Counted from the first letter of the stretch, positions 1 through 18,150 are shown. The stretch: DNA of 64,000 nt from the human T2T-CHM13v2.0 reference genome, Homo sapiens (GCF_009914755.1 NC_060930.1), one strand, 5' to 3'. Notes: generated from the letters alone by a model not told the origin. Numbers and translations are program-made.

Positions 1-3586
<3,586 letters not shown>

Positions 3587-4189
3587 ATGAATCATTGAAA
3601 GAACTCAGAGAAATCATGTGCATTTGACATCATCCAGGTAATTTTTTAAATTATACTTGCCAAGAGAAGCACTAACTGTAAATTCATATTTTATCAATAA
3701 TTAAAATAAAATGGATATTAACTAAGGGGGAAAATCTGATCCTAGGGAATACAACTCTCTAAAGTACATTCAGTGATGTGGTTTTGCTGAGAATGAACAA
3801 TTCTCCTGTTGGGGGAGTAAAACTTAAGAAATTAATCATATTTATATCATTTTGGGGCCACCGAAAATGGGATTCAGGTTTCTTTAGCAGATTTCTCTTT
3901 CTGCCTGCATTTACAGGTCGCCATAGTAACAGAGAGTGAACAGCAGAGGGAGCTGAAGATGCAAGCCAGCCGGTGAACATCTGTAAGACCAGTATTTCAC
4001 AGCAGGCTTGGAGTTAGCGGCATTCATGTGCAAAACTCCGCATCCTGAGGCTGTGCAAAGCATACTGATTGAAATAATTAGGAGATTTACTTATTCTCAA
4101 AAGAATTATAAAAACATAAAGGTATCTTTAATAGAATCCGTTCTTGACAAATATTAATTTGGGGGTCAATGTGATTAGGAAAAGATTTT

Positions 4190-6235
4190 AATTTAACAAG
4201 TTCAGGAGTACATGTGCAGGTTTGTTACATAGGTAAACTCATGCCAAGGGGGGTTTGTTTTACAGACTATTTCATCACCCATGTATTAAGCCTTGTATCC
4301 ATTATTTATTTCTTCTGATCCTCTCTCTCCTCCCACTCTCCATCCTCCAGTAGCCCCAGTGTCTGTTGTTCTCCTCTATGTGTCTGTGTGTTCTCAACAT
4401 TTAGCTCTCACTTGTAAATGAGAACATGTGATATTTGGTTTTCTATTCCTGCATTAGTTTGCTAAAGATAATGGCCTTCAGCTTCATTCATGTTTCGCAT
4501 GTGGTGTAGCACATTTTCTTTATCCGGTCTACCATTGATGGTCACCTAGATTGATTCCATGTCTTTGCTATTGTGAATAGTGCAGCAATGAACATACACA
4601 TGCATGCGTCTTTATGATAGAATGGTTTATACTCCTTTAAGTAAATATCCAGTAATGGGATTGCTGGGTCTAATGGTAGTTCCGTTTTTAGGTCTTCGAG
4701 GAATCATCACACTGTTTTCCACGATGGTTGAACTAATTTACACTCTCACCAACAATTTATAAGCGCTCCTTTTTCTCTGCAACCTTGCCAGCACCTGTTA
4801 TTTTTCTGACTTTTTAATAATAGTCATTGTGACTGGTGTGAGATGATCAATGTGGTTTTGAATTGCATTTCTCTAATAATCGGTGATATTCAGCTTTTAT
4901 TCATATGCTTGTTGGCCACAATTTCTTTGAAAAGTGTTCGCTCATGTCCTTGGCCCACTTTTTAATGGGTTTGTTTGGGTCTTGTAAATTTGTTTAAGTT
5001 CCTTATAGATGCTATAAATTAGACCTTTGTCAGATGCATAGTTTGCAAATATTTTCTCCCATTCTGTAGGTTGTCTGTTTATTCTGTTGATAGTTTCTTT
5101 TGCTGTGCAGAAGCTCTTTAGTTTAATTAGATCCCATTTGTCAATTTTGGCTTTTTATGCAATTGCTTTTGGTTTCTTTGTCCTAAGATCTTTTCTCATT
5201 CCTATGTCCAGGTTGGTATTGCCTAGGTTATCTTCCAGAGTTTTTTATAGTTTGGTGTTTTACATTTAAGTCTGTAATCCATCTTGAGTGGATTTTGTAT
5301 ATGGTGTAACGAAGGGGTCCAGTTTCAATCTTCTGCATATGGCCAGTCAGTTATCCTAGCACCATTTACTGAATAGGGGAGTCCTTTCCTTATTGATTGT
5401 TTTTATCAGCTTTGTTGAAGATCAGTTTGTTGTAGATATATATGACCTTATTTCTGAGCTCTCTATTCTGTTCCATTGGTCTATGTGTCTGTTTTGGTTA
5501 CTGTAGTCCTGTAGTATAGTTTGAGGCCCTGTGGTGTGATGTCTCCAGATTTGTTCTTTTTGCTTAGGATTGCCTTGGCTATTAGTGCTTGTTTATGAAT
5601 TTTTAAATATTTTTTTCTAGTTCTGTGAAGAATGATATTGTAGTTTGATAGCAATAGCAATGAATCTATAAATTGCTTTGGGCAGTATGGCCATTTTAAT
5701 TATGTTGATTCTTACTATCCACGAGCATGGAATATTTTTCCAATTGCTTGTGTCATCTCTGATGTCTTTGAGCAGTGTTTTGTAATTTTTATTGTAGAGG
5801 TCTTTCACCCCCCATTAGCTGTATTCATAGCTATTTTATTTTTGTGTCAATTGTGAAGTGGATTGCCTTCTGATATGGCTCTTGGCTTGACTATTTTTGG
5901 TGTATAGGAATGTTGGTGATTTTTGTATGTTGATTTTGTATCCTGAGACTTTGCTGAAGTTGTTTATCAGCTTAAGGAGCTATTGGGCTGAGACTATGAG
6001 GTTTTCTAGATATAGATTTATGTCATCTGTAGACAGAGATAGTTTGACTTCCTCTCTTCCTATTTGTACGCCCTTTATTTATTTATCTTTCCTGATTGCT
6101 CTGACCAGGACTTCCAATAATATGGTGAATAGGAGTAGTGAGACAGAGTATCATTGTGCCAGTTTTCAAGGATAATGCTTCCAGCTTTTGCCCATTCAGT
6201 ATGATGTTGGCTGAGGGTTTGTCATAGACAGCTCA
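4190..6235 (-). mobile_element. Older 5'-truncated L1 (old L1PA/L1PB-like): 3'UTR plus end of ORF2
   Basis: L1 3'UTR text tacatgtgcaggtttgttacatagg; ORF2 remnant WKNIPCSW; target-site duplication aaaagatttt at 4180-4189 and 6236-6245. Confidence 0.92.
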
Positions 6236-6761
6236 AAAAGATTTTTTAATGCATTTATCTTTAAAATATCTTGGAAATGCCATCCTCAAATATTTCAGCA
6301 TCTCCAGATTCCTGTTATGAGTAATACCAATCAGTGCAAAGAGGGTAGAAGAGTAAGCCAGAACAAAACACTCTTATTATTTTTACTAAGAAGAACTTGT
6401 TTAGGGTGGCCCAGTTACAAACCTGTTGACACACAGCATTCTTTTCATTTCTATTTGCTACTCTCTTCTCAACTGTTCCATGTTTTTCACTTCCTTTCTC
6501 TGTGTTGCCTTTCTCTTATATTTCATTTGCTTGTCACTTTTCTTTCATTTCCACAACTCCTTTTTTCCAAGAGTTTCCTATTTGTTCTTGGCTATTTCTA
6601 TTTTATCATTTGTTCCAGTCACATTTTATTTCAACCCATTTATTATTGCCCTTCAATTTATTTTTATTTTTAATAATTTTCCCTCTTTTTCTCATTATCT
6701 TTTTTCCATCTATAGGTTCTTCTTCTTTTATAATCTATTAACTTTAAAAAATTTCTTTTTT

Positions 6762-7059
6762 GCCAGGCACGGTGGCTCATGCCTCTAATTCCAGCAGTTT
6801 GTGAGGCCAAGGCAGGAGGATCACTTAAGCTCAGGAGTTCAAGACAAACCTAGGCTACATAGCAAGACCCATGTCTCTATAAAAAATACAAAAATTAGCC
6901 AAATGTGGTAGCACATGCCTGTGGTCCCAGCTACTTGAGATACTGAGGAGGGAGGATTGCTTGAACCAGGAGTTCAAGGCCGCCGTGAACTATGATTGTG
7001 CCACTGCACTCCAGCCAGGGCAACAGAGTGAGACCCTGTCTCAAAAATAATAATAATAA
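6762..7059 (+). mobile_element. Alu (AluJ-like)
   Basis: Dimeric Alu consensus, diverged, (AAT)n tail. Confidence 0.93.
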
Positions 7060-7306
7060 TGTCCTTTTCTCTTTTTCTTTTCACATTTATTGAGAAAGCT
7101 ACCTCTTCTCCACTTTTGCAAAGTGGGAACAATATCTTGGCTGTATTCATTCATTTACTTATTTCATAAATACTTAACGAATGCCTACAGTATATAAGAC
7201 ATACCAGGTATCATGGTTGGGAAGTAGCAATAAGGAATGAATGGGGAACATAAAAATGAAAAAGACATAAATCCTTTCCTCTGTTGCTCATAAGAAATAA
7301 ACACAA

Positions 7307-7606
7307 GGCCAGGCGTGGTGGCTCACACCTGTAATCTCAGTGCTTTGGGAGACCGAGGAGGGTAAATCACGAGGTCAGGAGTTCGAGACCAGTCGGGCCA
7401 ACATGGCGAAACCCCATCTCTACTAAAAATACAAAAATTAGCCAGGCATGGGGGCGTGCACCTGTAGTCCTAGCTACTCAGGAAGCTGAGGCAGGAGAAT
7501 CGCTTGAACCCGGGAGGCGGAGATTGTAGTGAGCCGAGATAATGCCACTGCACTCCAGCTTGGGAGACAGAGTGAGACTTCGTCTCAAAAAAATAAATAA
7601 ATAATA
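7307..7606 (+). mobile_element. Alu (AluS-like)
   Basis: ggccaggcgtggtggctcac...gagacttcgtctc, A-rich tail. Confidence 0.95.
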
Positions 7607-8711
7607 ATTTAAAAAACACAAAATAACTACAAGGCAGTTTAATATCAGTATCATAAGAAAAATGCAATATTTTTCTCCTGGACAGGGCATTAACATAGAA
7701 ACTGTGAGGGCTCTTGAGGGATACATAAGATATCCATAAAGGTAAGTTAGGAGAGCAAGATGGCTAATAACACTGAGGCAGAAAGAAGGAATAGCTTAAT
7801 TGTACTGAAGTAAGGGGTAGATGTGGAAGAATAGCTGGAAATTCTGTACATTATTTGTCTTACAGTAAGGATGGTTTCTCTGCAATATTCATAATAGAAT
7901 CTGCCTTTTGGTAAACCTTTTCAATCCTTCTATAGACTTGGTGGGAAAGATTGAAAATCACAATTACTAATCAGTACTTTTTCTTGGTTTATTTCTTCCT
8001 TTTAAATGGGAGTAAAATAGTATCTAATTCCTGGGGGGTTGTTCAGAACTAAATTAGTTAATAAATGTAAAGTAGTTATAACTGTTCTTGCAATGTATTA
8101 AGGAGTGTAAAGCCGTTTCTTATGCTGTTGTTGTGCTGAGGGTTAATTGGGGCCAATTCAAATGCTCCATATTCATTCCATGAAGATTTTCTAATCTCTT
8201 CAACCCACTCTGATCTTTAACTTTGCTGTACACCTAGTCAGTGTTACCTGGTTAATACTTAGTTATTTGCTAATGATTTTGTGTATTTTCATTTTGTGTT
8301 TTCGTTAGATCATAAATTCCTCTTGGCAGGGACCACAAATATTGTACAATTGTCAGTGTAACTAGTATGACCGAAGACACCTAATAGACACTCAAAAAAT
8401 GTAGCTAAACTAATCAATAGCTTTCATATCTTAGAAGTGCAGGAGTAAATAGTATGAAATGTAAGGCTGCACATTCATTAATGGGAAATAAAAATTATAA
8501 ATAACCTCAAAAGACATCTAAGAAGAACTGCTCAAATGAAGAGTATTTTAGCATTCAGAGTTATTCAACAGTATCAGGGAACATCTGTTAGACACCTACT
8601 ATTATGTGTGTATTTGTCCATAATAAATTCATTATTTAAATATGAGGTTTTGTAAATGAGTGAGGCTCAGAGAGGTCCACAGTCACACTATCATTAATAA
8701 TGACAAAGCTT

Positions 8712-9003
8712 GCCAGGCATGGTGATTCATGCCTGTAATCCCAGTGTTTGGGAGGTTAAGACCAGAAGATTGCTTGATCCCAGGAGTTCAACACCAGCCT
8801 GGGCAACATAGTGAGACCCCATCTCTACATAAATACAAAAATTAGCTGGGCATGGTGGTACACACCTGTAGTCCTAGCTATTCAGGAGGCTGAGGGTAGA
8901 AGATCACTTAAATCCAGGAGTTGAGGCTACTGTGAGGTATGATCATGTCACTGCACTCCAGCCAGTGTGAAAAAGGGAGATCTTGTCTCAATAATAATAA
9001 TAA
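8712..9003 (+). mobile_element. Alu (AluJ-like)
   Basis: Alu consensus; near-TSD aataatgacaaagct / aataatggcaaagct. Confidence 0.93.
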
Positions 9004-9589
9004 TGGCAAAGCTATGTCTGCCAAACTTCTAATAGGTGCTCTTTCTTCTGTAATACCTTCCATTGATATAAGTAAATTTGAGAAATAATTTCCATTTGGG
9101 GACTGAATAGACATTTTATATAATTAGCACAATTATAGAGACATAAAGTGAAAATAAGAAAAATCAAAATGTTTATTTCCAGAATCAGCTAAAGAAACAG
9201 AGCAGGAGTTATGAAATGTCAAAAACTGATTGATTTAAAAGGCTGAAATTCTGCAAATGTATTTTGAATTCCCAAAATACATTAATATTAACATTTTCCA
9301 GTAGTGAAACAAATGCTTTTTTACAGTTAGTATGGAAAATCTTGGACAAGTATTTATTATTGAGAGAATCAAATTTCATAACAGCAATCAAATCCTTTGA
9401 TTTTTATTTCATGTTTTTAAGAATCAGCCTACACCCTTTCTTGAACCCCAAGAAGTGGGCCATTTCTTTGCTAACTTGGAGTAGAGTAGAGCTAATGCAT
9501 CATTAAATAAAGCTTGTCTCTATGCCAAGTCCTTTACTCAGCTCTGGTTATTAACTTAGTTGATAGCATTGCATAAAGATGCTCTCATC

Positions 9590-10150
9590 TTATTTATTCA
9601 TTTATTCATTTTTCAATAAATATTTAATGAACACTCATAATGTGCCAGGCACACTTCTTGGAATACATCCATGGAAAAAAATGAAGATCCCTGGCCTTGT
9701 GGAAAAACTAAAAAGAAATTGGGGTTGTATAGGGGAGAGTAATCAAGAAGGTTACAATTTTAAACAGGCTGGTCAGGACAGGCCTCATAGAAAATATGAC
9801 GTTTGAGCAAAATCTTAGAAGCCAGGAGGAGAATATCTAGAGGAAAGAGCATTCCAGGCAGAGAAAGCTGTTAGTGCAAAGACCCTAAGACAAAGTGCTC
9901 CCAACATGTTTGAAGAATAAGGACTCCAATACATCTGTAAAGAGGTAAGAGCATTAAGAGAAGAAATATGTGATCAGTCTTCCCCCAATCCCCACAACCC
10001 AGGTGCAGAGGTTTTACCAGAGGCCGGGGTTGGGTGAAGACAAATCACACAGGTGCTTGTAGGCATTGAAAAGACTTTGACTTTAATTGGAGTGGAGAGA
10101 TGGAAATGGAGAGCCTTTGCAAAGTTTTGAGCAGAGGAGTGACATGTGCA
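9590..10150 (-). mobile_element. L2 remnant
   Basis: Reverse of L2 3' end (ttcatt...aaatattta...tgtgccaggcac) followed by typical L2 body (gagcattccaggcagag, ttttgagcagaggagtgac). Confidence 0.7.
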
Positions 10151-10764
10151 GTTGAAAATAAATAGCACGTATTGGTGATGTGAATAACTCTTGGTAAAGT
10201 TCTGAACAAAACAAAACTGAATCTTCCCTTTTCTAGAAATTGGATCCCTAGAAAATTAAGTACTGTATATGATAAAATCTTAAAAAAATACATAAATAAA
10301 TAGTAAAAATCCATCCAATTACTTGTTCAAGGATAATTTAAAAGCATTAGGCTAGCCAAGGGAAAATGTCATTTGATGACACTTAAAATATACAGTCAAT
10401 TTTTGCATTCTTAGGTATCAAGTATTGCATATTTATTAAACTTTTTATACTCAATGACAAATTTCACAATGATTATCTTAATTTTAATATGGAGAAATAA
10501 TTCTCATTTCACCTAGGCTTAAAATAATGCCTTAATGTCTCATAATTAACTTTTTTGGTTATAAAAATAAAAAATATTAATAGCCATTAAAATGTGTTCA
10601 TGAGTTTATCCAGCCACTATAAATCAGCAAGGTTAGTAAAATGTTTTTATCAAAGTTGTTTAATATCCAGAGTAGTTGGACTTTTTGGTTGTCACAAGGT
10701 TTTGGTATAGTTGAAAGTCCTCCTATAGAGAGTACATTAGCAGTCTCAGTTGCTAAAACAATGG

Positions 10765-11106
10765 AAAATTATTTTCTCACTGTTCTGGAGGCTAGAAGTC
10801 CAAGATCAAAGTGTTGGCAGATCTAGTTTCTTCTAAGACCTTTCTTCTTGGCTTGCCGATGGATTCCTTTTCCCTGTGTTCTCACATAATTACCCCTCAG
10901 TCTGTAGGTCTGTGTATTGTCTGCATTTGAATCTCCCCTTCTTATAAGGACACCAGTAATACTAGATCAGGCCTACCTGCATGGACTCATTTTATATCAA
11001 TTATATCCATAAAGGCCCTATCTCAAAAAACAGTCACATTCTGAGGTACTGGGGGATTCAAATTTCAACAAATAAAGCTTGAGGGGACACAAGTCAGCCC
11101 ATAACA
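10765..11106 (-). mobile_element. MLT1-family MaLR LTR, partial
   Basis: gttctggaggctagaagtccaagatcaa...ataaggacaccagt...ggggacacaagtcagcccataaca. Confidence 0.8.
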
Positions 11107-11662
11107 CATAGTATAAAGACCCAAATGATTTATCTGATGGAAACAAGACTCAGGATCAAAGCACACAATGACCTCACTAAGCACCAAAGCAGGAGAACCA
11201 AAACATGTTTTTGTTCAATTATGTTCATTTGTTTGTTTATTGCAGATTTTTATATCTTAAAAACATTAAAATAGTTACCATAAAAAAGCAGAACTTTATT
11301 ACACATTCTAATTCTTATTAGAATAGAGTCTTGTTAACTGGTGACTATAGGTCTTAGCCAGCCTGTGGAAGATCCTGAGTAAGGGCTAAGGGAGCAGCCC
11401 AGCCAAGTAGGTGGGTATGGGCGGCAGGGCTCTGCCTCTCATATGGGAATTGGAGTGCAGCCTAGTTATAGGCTAAAGAGAGTCAAATTGGAAGCCTGCC
11501 ACTTTGAACAGGGGATGTCAAGCACTCACTCTGGGAACATCAGATACAAGAGACTTGGGATACCAGATTTGGTTTGGATTCTTCTAGGGTCATCATACGG
11601 CAAATCATAAAGTGATAGAAAGGCATAGGCTTCAAAGTGGAAAAGTCTGAATCAAAACACAT

Positions 11663-11663
<1 letters not shown>

Positions 11664-11712
<49 letters not shown>
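11664..11712. repeat. (CA)n(TA)n microsatellite
   Basis: About 20 CA units followed by a short TA run. Confidence 0.97.
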
Positions 11713-11713
<1 letters not shown>

Positions 11714-12569
11714 AAACATGCTGATCGTGAACCTATTAGAATGTAATCGAACCTCTCTGGGTCTCAATTTCAATAAATATCTCTAAACACCAGAACACTA
11801 GCTCATTTTGTTTACTATCTTCATTTTTCACAGCTGGCTAGGACTAGAAGAGATAGTTACAGATAATTATGAATTAATTCAGTGGAAAATAAACCAGACC
11901 TAAATTGGTCCAAAAGCAATACAGAATATATCTTCAGCCACCAGTGCCCCCAAAAATCACATGTAATAAAGTGTATAGTTTCCTGGCTTTGCATTGTGTT
12001 ATGAAAATAACAAAGAATAAAGGTATCTCCTTTTATTTCTATCCAAAGGTGAAATCACCCCTGAGCACTAAATATTAGATTATTCTCTGTCTTGCTTAAA
12101 CATTTGCTATTGCCATAGAAGCATGATGTTGACATTTCTTGTTGCTAGGAGCGTCATAGTGTTGGATACGTATACAATAGCATTCTGTTAGCTCAAACGT
12201 GGGGCTTTTTAAACAGCAGCATGCTCTTTTTATATCCTGGTACAGTAATCTAAAGTATAGATTTACCATGCAAATTATACATGAAAATCTGAATTTACTA
12301 CTACACAGAAATAAAAGCACCAATGCTTAATAATTTATCTTTAAGGAATATTTTTGCAGCATCTCAGAGTGGAAAAAAAATAAAAACCTTGAAACAAAGC
12401 AGATGCCCATCAGTAGCAGAATGGCTGAATCTATTGTGCTGCATACAAGCCACAGAATATCATGGAATCTTTAAAAGGAATAAATTATAGCTATGCCAAT
12501 TGACATGAAAGAGTTTCTACCATGCGTTATCAACTGAGAAAAGCAAAATGCATAAAATTGTTTATATAC

Positions 12570-13045
12570 ACCAATGTTCATAGCAGCATTATTCACAATA
12601 GTCAAAAGGTAGAAATAACTTGTGTCCATTGATGAACGAATAAAAAAAATGTGGTGTATGCATACAAACGAATATTATTTAGCTTTTAAAAAGACAGAAA
12701 ATTATGACACATGTTTACAATATGGATGAACCTTGAAGACATGCTAAGTGAAATAAACCAGTTACAAAAAGACAAAGACTGTATGATCCCAAATATATGA
12801 GGTAATAGAGTAGTTAAATTTATAACCACAGAAAGTAAAATGGTGGTTGCCAGGGGCTGAGGGAAGGAGGAAAAGCATAAATGTTATTTAATGGGTATGG
12901 AGTTTCAGATTTGCAAGATGAAAGGCATTCTAGAGATTGATTGCACAAGAAAGTGAATGTACTTAACGCTATTAAACTGTACACTTAAAAATTGTTAAGA
13001 TGGTAAATTTTAAATTGTGTATATTTTACTGCAATTAAAAGTAAA
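12570..13045 (+). mobile_element. L1M (L1MB-like) 3' end fragment
   Basis: atgttcatagcagcattattcacaatag...atggatgaaccttgaagac...ctgtacacttaaaaattgttaagatggtaaatttt. Confidence 0.8.
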
Positions 13046-14621
13046 TTTTAAAAATTGGGAAAATGTTTTATATAAAAATAATGCCAATAAACTCTCTTTA
13101 TACATATAAATACATATATAACCTACTGTAAATAGAGAAAATTTGGAAGGATGACACCAGGTTGTCAAATGAGTTACCCTGTATGAATGCAAACTAGAGG
13201 GAATAGTAGGTCGTTCAAATAAATCAAGAAAATAAATGATATAATCCCTACATTGGAGGCAATGGGAGTTCTCTACAGAGTGATACTCGGAGGCCTTTAT
13301 TGGCCGTAGTGCTTTTTAGTACGTCTTGAAATATATCTTTAGCCACTAATGCCTACAAAGTCATATGCAATAAAATCTATGACCCCCAGCACTGAAAATC
13401 AGCTTCCCAGCTAACTGAACTCATAGTTCAATGTAGGGATCTATTTTGTTGCATCAGTTTAGAAAATTTTGCCAGATTTACACTTCTGAGAACTAATCTA
13501 AGCCAATTTGATTATCCACAATGACTGTTTTGGTAGCTTCAAAGAGTTAGAGCTAGGTGAAGTTGAGTTGACCAAAACCTTACCACCAGAAAGAAGTTTA
13601 TATTTTAAAAATATTAAAATAATCGTCATGAAAAAAGCAGAAATTCTGCCACACATACAAAGATGTATTAGCAAGAAGGCACAAAAAGTTATTCACCCTG
13701 CTATATAAACCTGATGAAGTATGTTGCATAGAATATGTTGCAGTATTCTAACAGTGGGATTCAGCTAACTTTCAAGAAAGTCAGGTGACAAAAATCTACT
13801 CTAAGTAGCAGTATTGCCTTTATAATCTAGGAGAGGAATCTCTTTTTGGAGCCCAGCACCTTAAAGAGCCCTGAATATCATAACACATACCAAAAAATTA
13901 ATTTATTAAGGAACAAACGGTCACTTCTATCATTTGGAATCCAGCACTCCGTGTTGGCATAGTGTAACTCTAAACATCATTCCAGCAACTAAGAGCTCCA
14001 GGAAAATTCTTCTCCTACGCCCTTGAGACACAAGGTTTGCAGGTTGTACTACTTTATGCCCATGCCAGCTGCTTCTGAGTGAGAATAGTTTATTTTTTTG
14101 AAATGTTTAATACAATCTGATTATAGTTTCAAAATATTAAGCTTAAAATGTCAAATTTATATGAATGATTTTGTTTTTAAATTAGAAATTTATTAATTAT
14201 AATTTAATTTTTAATTTTATGATATTTCTAAATATTTTAAAACAAAATGTACAAAAACTTTAATTTTCCTATTTTTAACATGTATTTGAAATACATTTTA
14301 TAAAATATATTCAGATTTGGTTGTTAAATACAGTTGTACTTTGAATACAACTACATTTCAAATACTTTGATCCAATAGAACATAGGTTATGTGACAACCT
14401 TGATGGTGACAATCTAACTGAAATATAGGCAAGAAAAAATAATTTTATGGAATAAATATACAATGATCTACAAATTATATATCTCTATTTTATTAATCAT
14501 CAAAAACATCATTCCTCCATCAACAGAACACCAAACAATAATTACATTTGATCTTCGTGGATCAAAGTTAATTTAAAAATATTTTGCCAACCTAGTGTCT
14601 TATGAAAACTATACATACATT

Positions 14622-14792
14622 GTTTGTTTGTTTGTTTTTTTGTTTTTTGAGACAGGGTCTCACTCTGTTACCCAGCCTGCAGTGCACTGGCGCAATCACA
14701 GCTCATTGCAGCCTTAAACTCCTGGGCTCAAGCAATCCTGCCTTAGCCTCCTGGGTAGCTGGAACTACAGGCATGCACCACCATGCCCAGCT
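14622..14792 (-). mobile_element. Alu right-arm monomer / truncated AluJ
   Basis: T-rich tail then gagacagggtctcactctg...ccatgcccagct; flanking tgaaaactat repeated. Confidence 0.88.
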
Positions 14793-15407
14793 GAAAACTA
14801 TGATTTGACACATATCTTTTAATTTTATTATTATGAAGATATATTTTTCAAGCTAGGAGACTAGAACATATTTTATTTAAGTTTGTTAGCTTGATTTGCA
14901 ATCTTTAAAACTTCTGAAATATGGCATGTAAGCCTCTATTTTTACTCTTGCTTCAGGCCACCTAAATCCCCTGAACACTGGGTCTATGAGGATCCTAAGG
15001 TTAGGGCACCTAGAGAATAGGATACCAGTTCAAGATAACACCATTCTCAGGTTAGTCAAAAATGGGGAAAGACAATACACTATTTTTAGTCAATACACAT
15101 ATCCTGAACTTCATTAATTTTACCAAGAAAGAAATCATTTCCACATCCATTGCCCTAGTTAACAAAACTTTGGTATTAATTAAAAAAATAAACATTAAGA
15201 TTAAATCTTCATAGGAAAAGCATTAGATTAGTCTTTCATATGCTAACTAACCACCCCTGGAGAATGCCTTCCTAATTCGGGTTTTTCAACTGTTAACTTG
15301 ACTGCCCCTAGGGTGCAGATTACAATTAACTACCACACTATATACTCCTCTTTAAATTGTAGTATTTTAAAGTAAATTATAGCAAATATAACAATTACCA
15401 TATATAA

Positions 15408-15739
<332 letters not shown>

Positions 15740-16667
15740 GCAAATCTTTAAGAGGTCCTAGCAACTACTTGATTCAGACAATGGCAGACTTTTCTCCGAA
15801 AGATCAGAATTCATTCAGTTCTATCCTAGGATGCCTTCTCAGAAAGCAGCAGGTTGAGCCTTTGTTTCATCTCTACTGTACTGCACCACACTGTGAGCAC
15901 AGAATAGAAAAGTCATCTCTCTTTATGGCTGGTAAGTGGATGCTGCTCATAGTAGATGACTAAACTCTAAAGAGGTTAGAAATGTCCCAGTGGTTACCAG
16001 CTCTTCACAGACACCTCTCAGATCATGACACACAGCTGTGACAGTGACTACCTCCTCACTGAACCCAATTTCTCCAGTTTAGTATTCAAAGCATGAGTGT
16101 ATTTCTGTATCCAATTCCTATAATTCAGCTCATTTCATCTTTGAGGACCTCAAAGGTCTTAGTTATCAAATGATTTGAATAAAATGATGACTTAAACCAC
16201 ATTTTCCGAAAGATAAACTCCTAACACATTCCATCTATCTTGGACACCACCTCCTCTTGGAACAAGACAAGTCCCAGTGAAGTAGAAACTTAAACCCTAA
16301 CATGGTTTTGTTCTAGTAGAAATAATGGAAGGCTTATATTGCAGGCCATTTCTCTATTCCACTCCATTTTTCTAATGTTTCCAGTCCTTGACGGTTTTTA
16401 GCCTTGAATTTTCTTTCTTATCAACATCTCTCTGTGTGTGTCTGAGCCTTCACGGGGACCTTGAGTTGCAGGGGTACATCAATTCCTTCTATTTATCAGC
16501 TAGCTGTTGGAGTGCCTGTGAAAGAGAGCCTCCGCACTGCTTCCAGAAAGGCCAAAGCTGCATTAGAGTTTCCAGATCCCGTATCTACATTGTCGCTATA
16601 CAATATTTTGCTTTGCTTAAAGAGCCTCTGCTTCCTGTCCAACATAAATAACTGGAAGAGGCTGAGT

Positions 16668-16781
16668 TAGGGTGATCAAACAATCTGGTTTGCCTGGGGC
16701 TGAGGGATTTCCTGGGACATAGGACTTTCAGTATTAAAACTGGAAATGTATTGTGCTAACCTGAACTAGTTTGTCACCCTA
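16668..16781. mobile_element. MER81-like hAT MITE
   Basis: 114 bp bounded by terminal inverted repeats TAGGGTGA...TCACCCTA; internal ggactttcagtattaaaactgg. Confidence 0.8.
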
Positions 16782-17309
16782 GTTGGATGACTGATTGGAT
16801 TCTAGCAAATCTGGCATAGATTGGAGTTTTAATGTAGAGCAGTTCCAGCCCGAGTCTGGTACAAGCAGTACTAACACATTTCCCATGTAAAAAGCTCCTC
16901 TGGCTAGTGTCTTTTGCACCCAGGTTGTAGCCTTAGAAGAAGAAAACTTCTTGAAAAATTTTAAAAATTAACTTTCACAGTCTTCTAGCTCTTCACTTAC
17001 TCAAAAGCCTATTCAAGAGTCCTTAAGCATTTTGCCACTGTCATTTGTTTTGAAGATATAAGTGACCTCAAACCTGGGCCTCTATAGCATTCTGTTAACA
17101 TCTGGCATTTCCAGGATTCTAATATTTGTTCAGTTACTAACAGCTCCTCATTCGCATGCTTCTCAGTTGAGCTATCCTTAAGCTCTTCTCTTCATTTTCT
17201 TCTCTTGTAAACAAAAAGGTTTCTACTGACTGAGAATAAATTGTAAGGGGTTTCCTTATTATTAGGTAGAGCACATTTTATCCAAAGGATTTCAAAAGCT
17301 AAAATTATT

Positions 17310-18150
17310 AATTCAACAAATATTTATTGAGCAGTTCCTACGTTATTATTAGCACTGTGTTGAGTGCTCAGGATACAAGAGTGAACAATGCAAGCACAAT
17401 CTGCTAGTCTAGTAAGGGTTGTTGAGAAGTAAATGAGCAGCAATAGTGTGGTAAAAACTATGAAGGTCAAGTTCCAGAGCTATAGGAGCACATGGGAGGA
17501 ACAACTAACCCAGATTTGGGGGTCATGCAAGAATAAACAGATGATTAGCACTTACCTGTTCATGTATTCATTTATTAATTCAACAAATATTTATTGATAT
17601 TTTAACATATATCATGCATTGTGAATGTCATTGTAAATAAGTGAATGTACATATGACATAGTATTTATGTTGAAGCAGTTTCATAGTCTAGAATGAAAAA
17701 TACATGTAAATAAATAATTATAATATGATGTAGTAAGTGCTATAATAAATGTTACCAAGGAAGATTTCACAAAAGAACTTATGTTTGTACGGGATTGTAC
17801 TTGACCTGGAAGGTTGAAGAAGAATTTAGGGGAAAATGGTGAAGAAGGGCTCTGCAGGCAGAGACAACAGCCTATGGAAATACATAGAGGTATAAAAGAA
17901 TATGACCAGTAAGGTAACTACAAGCAATTAGGTGTGGCTAAGGGAAAGGCGTTGTAAACAATGGTAGACAATAACTGAAATGGTAGGCGGCATCAGATCA
18001 GAGAAGGCCTTTTATGCCCCTTAAGGGGTTTGAATTTATTCTGGAAATTATGGGAAGTCACTGAATAGTTTTAAGTCAGGAAGTGACCTTTTCAGATTTG
18101 TGTTTTAGAAAGAGATCCATAAAGATTGTGAAAGTGGACTGGAGGAAGAG
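17310..18150 (-). mobile_element. L2 remnants (two 3' ends)
   Basis: attcaacaaatatttattga at ~17312 and ~17578, followed by L2 body. Confidence 0.7.

Noticed and set aside
6317-6788. Three overlapping hydrophobic ORFs resembling membrane proteins
   Set aside because: T-rich low-complexity sequence yields Phe/Leu/Ser-rich open frames in all three frames; no splice or motif support
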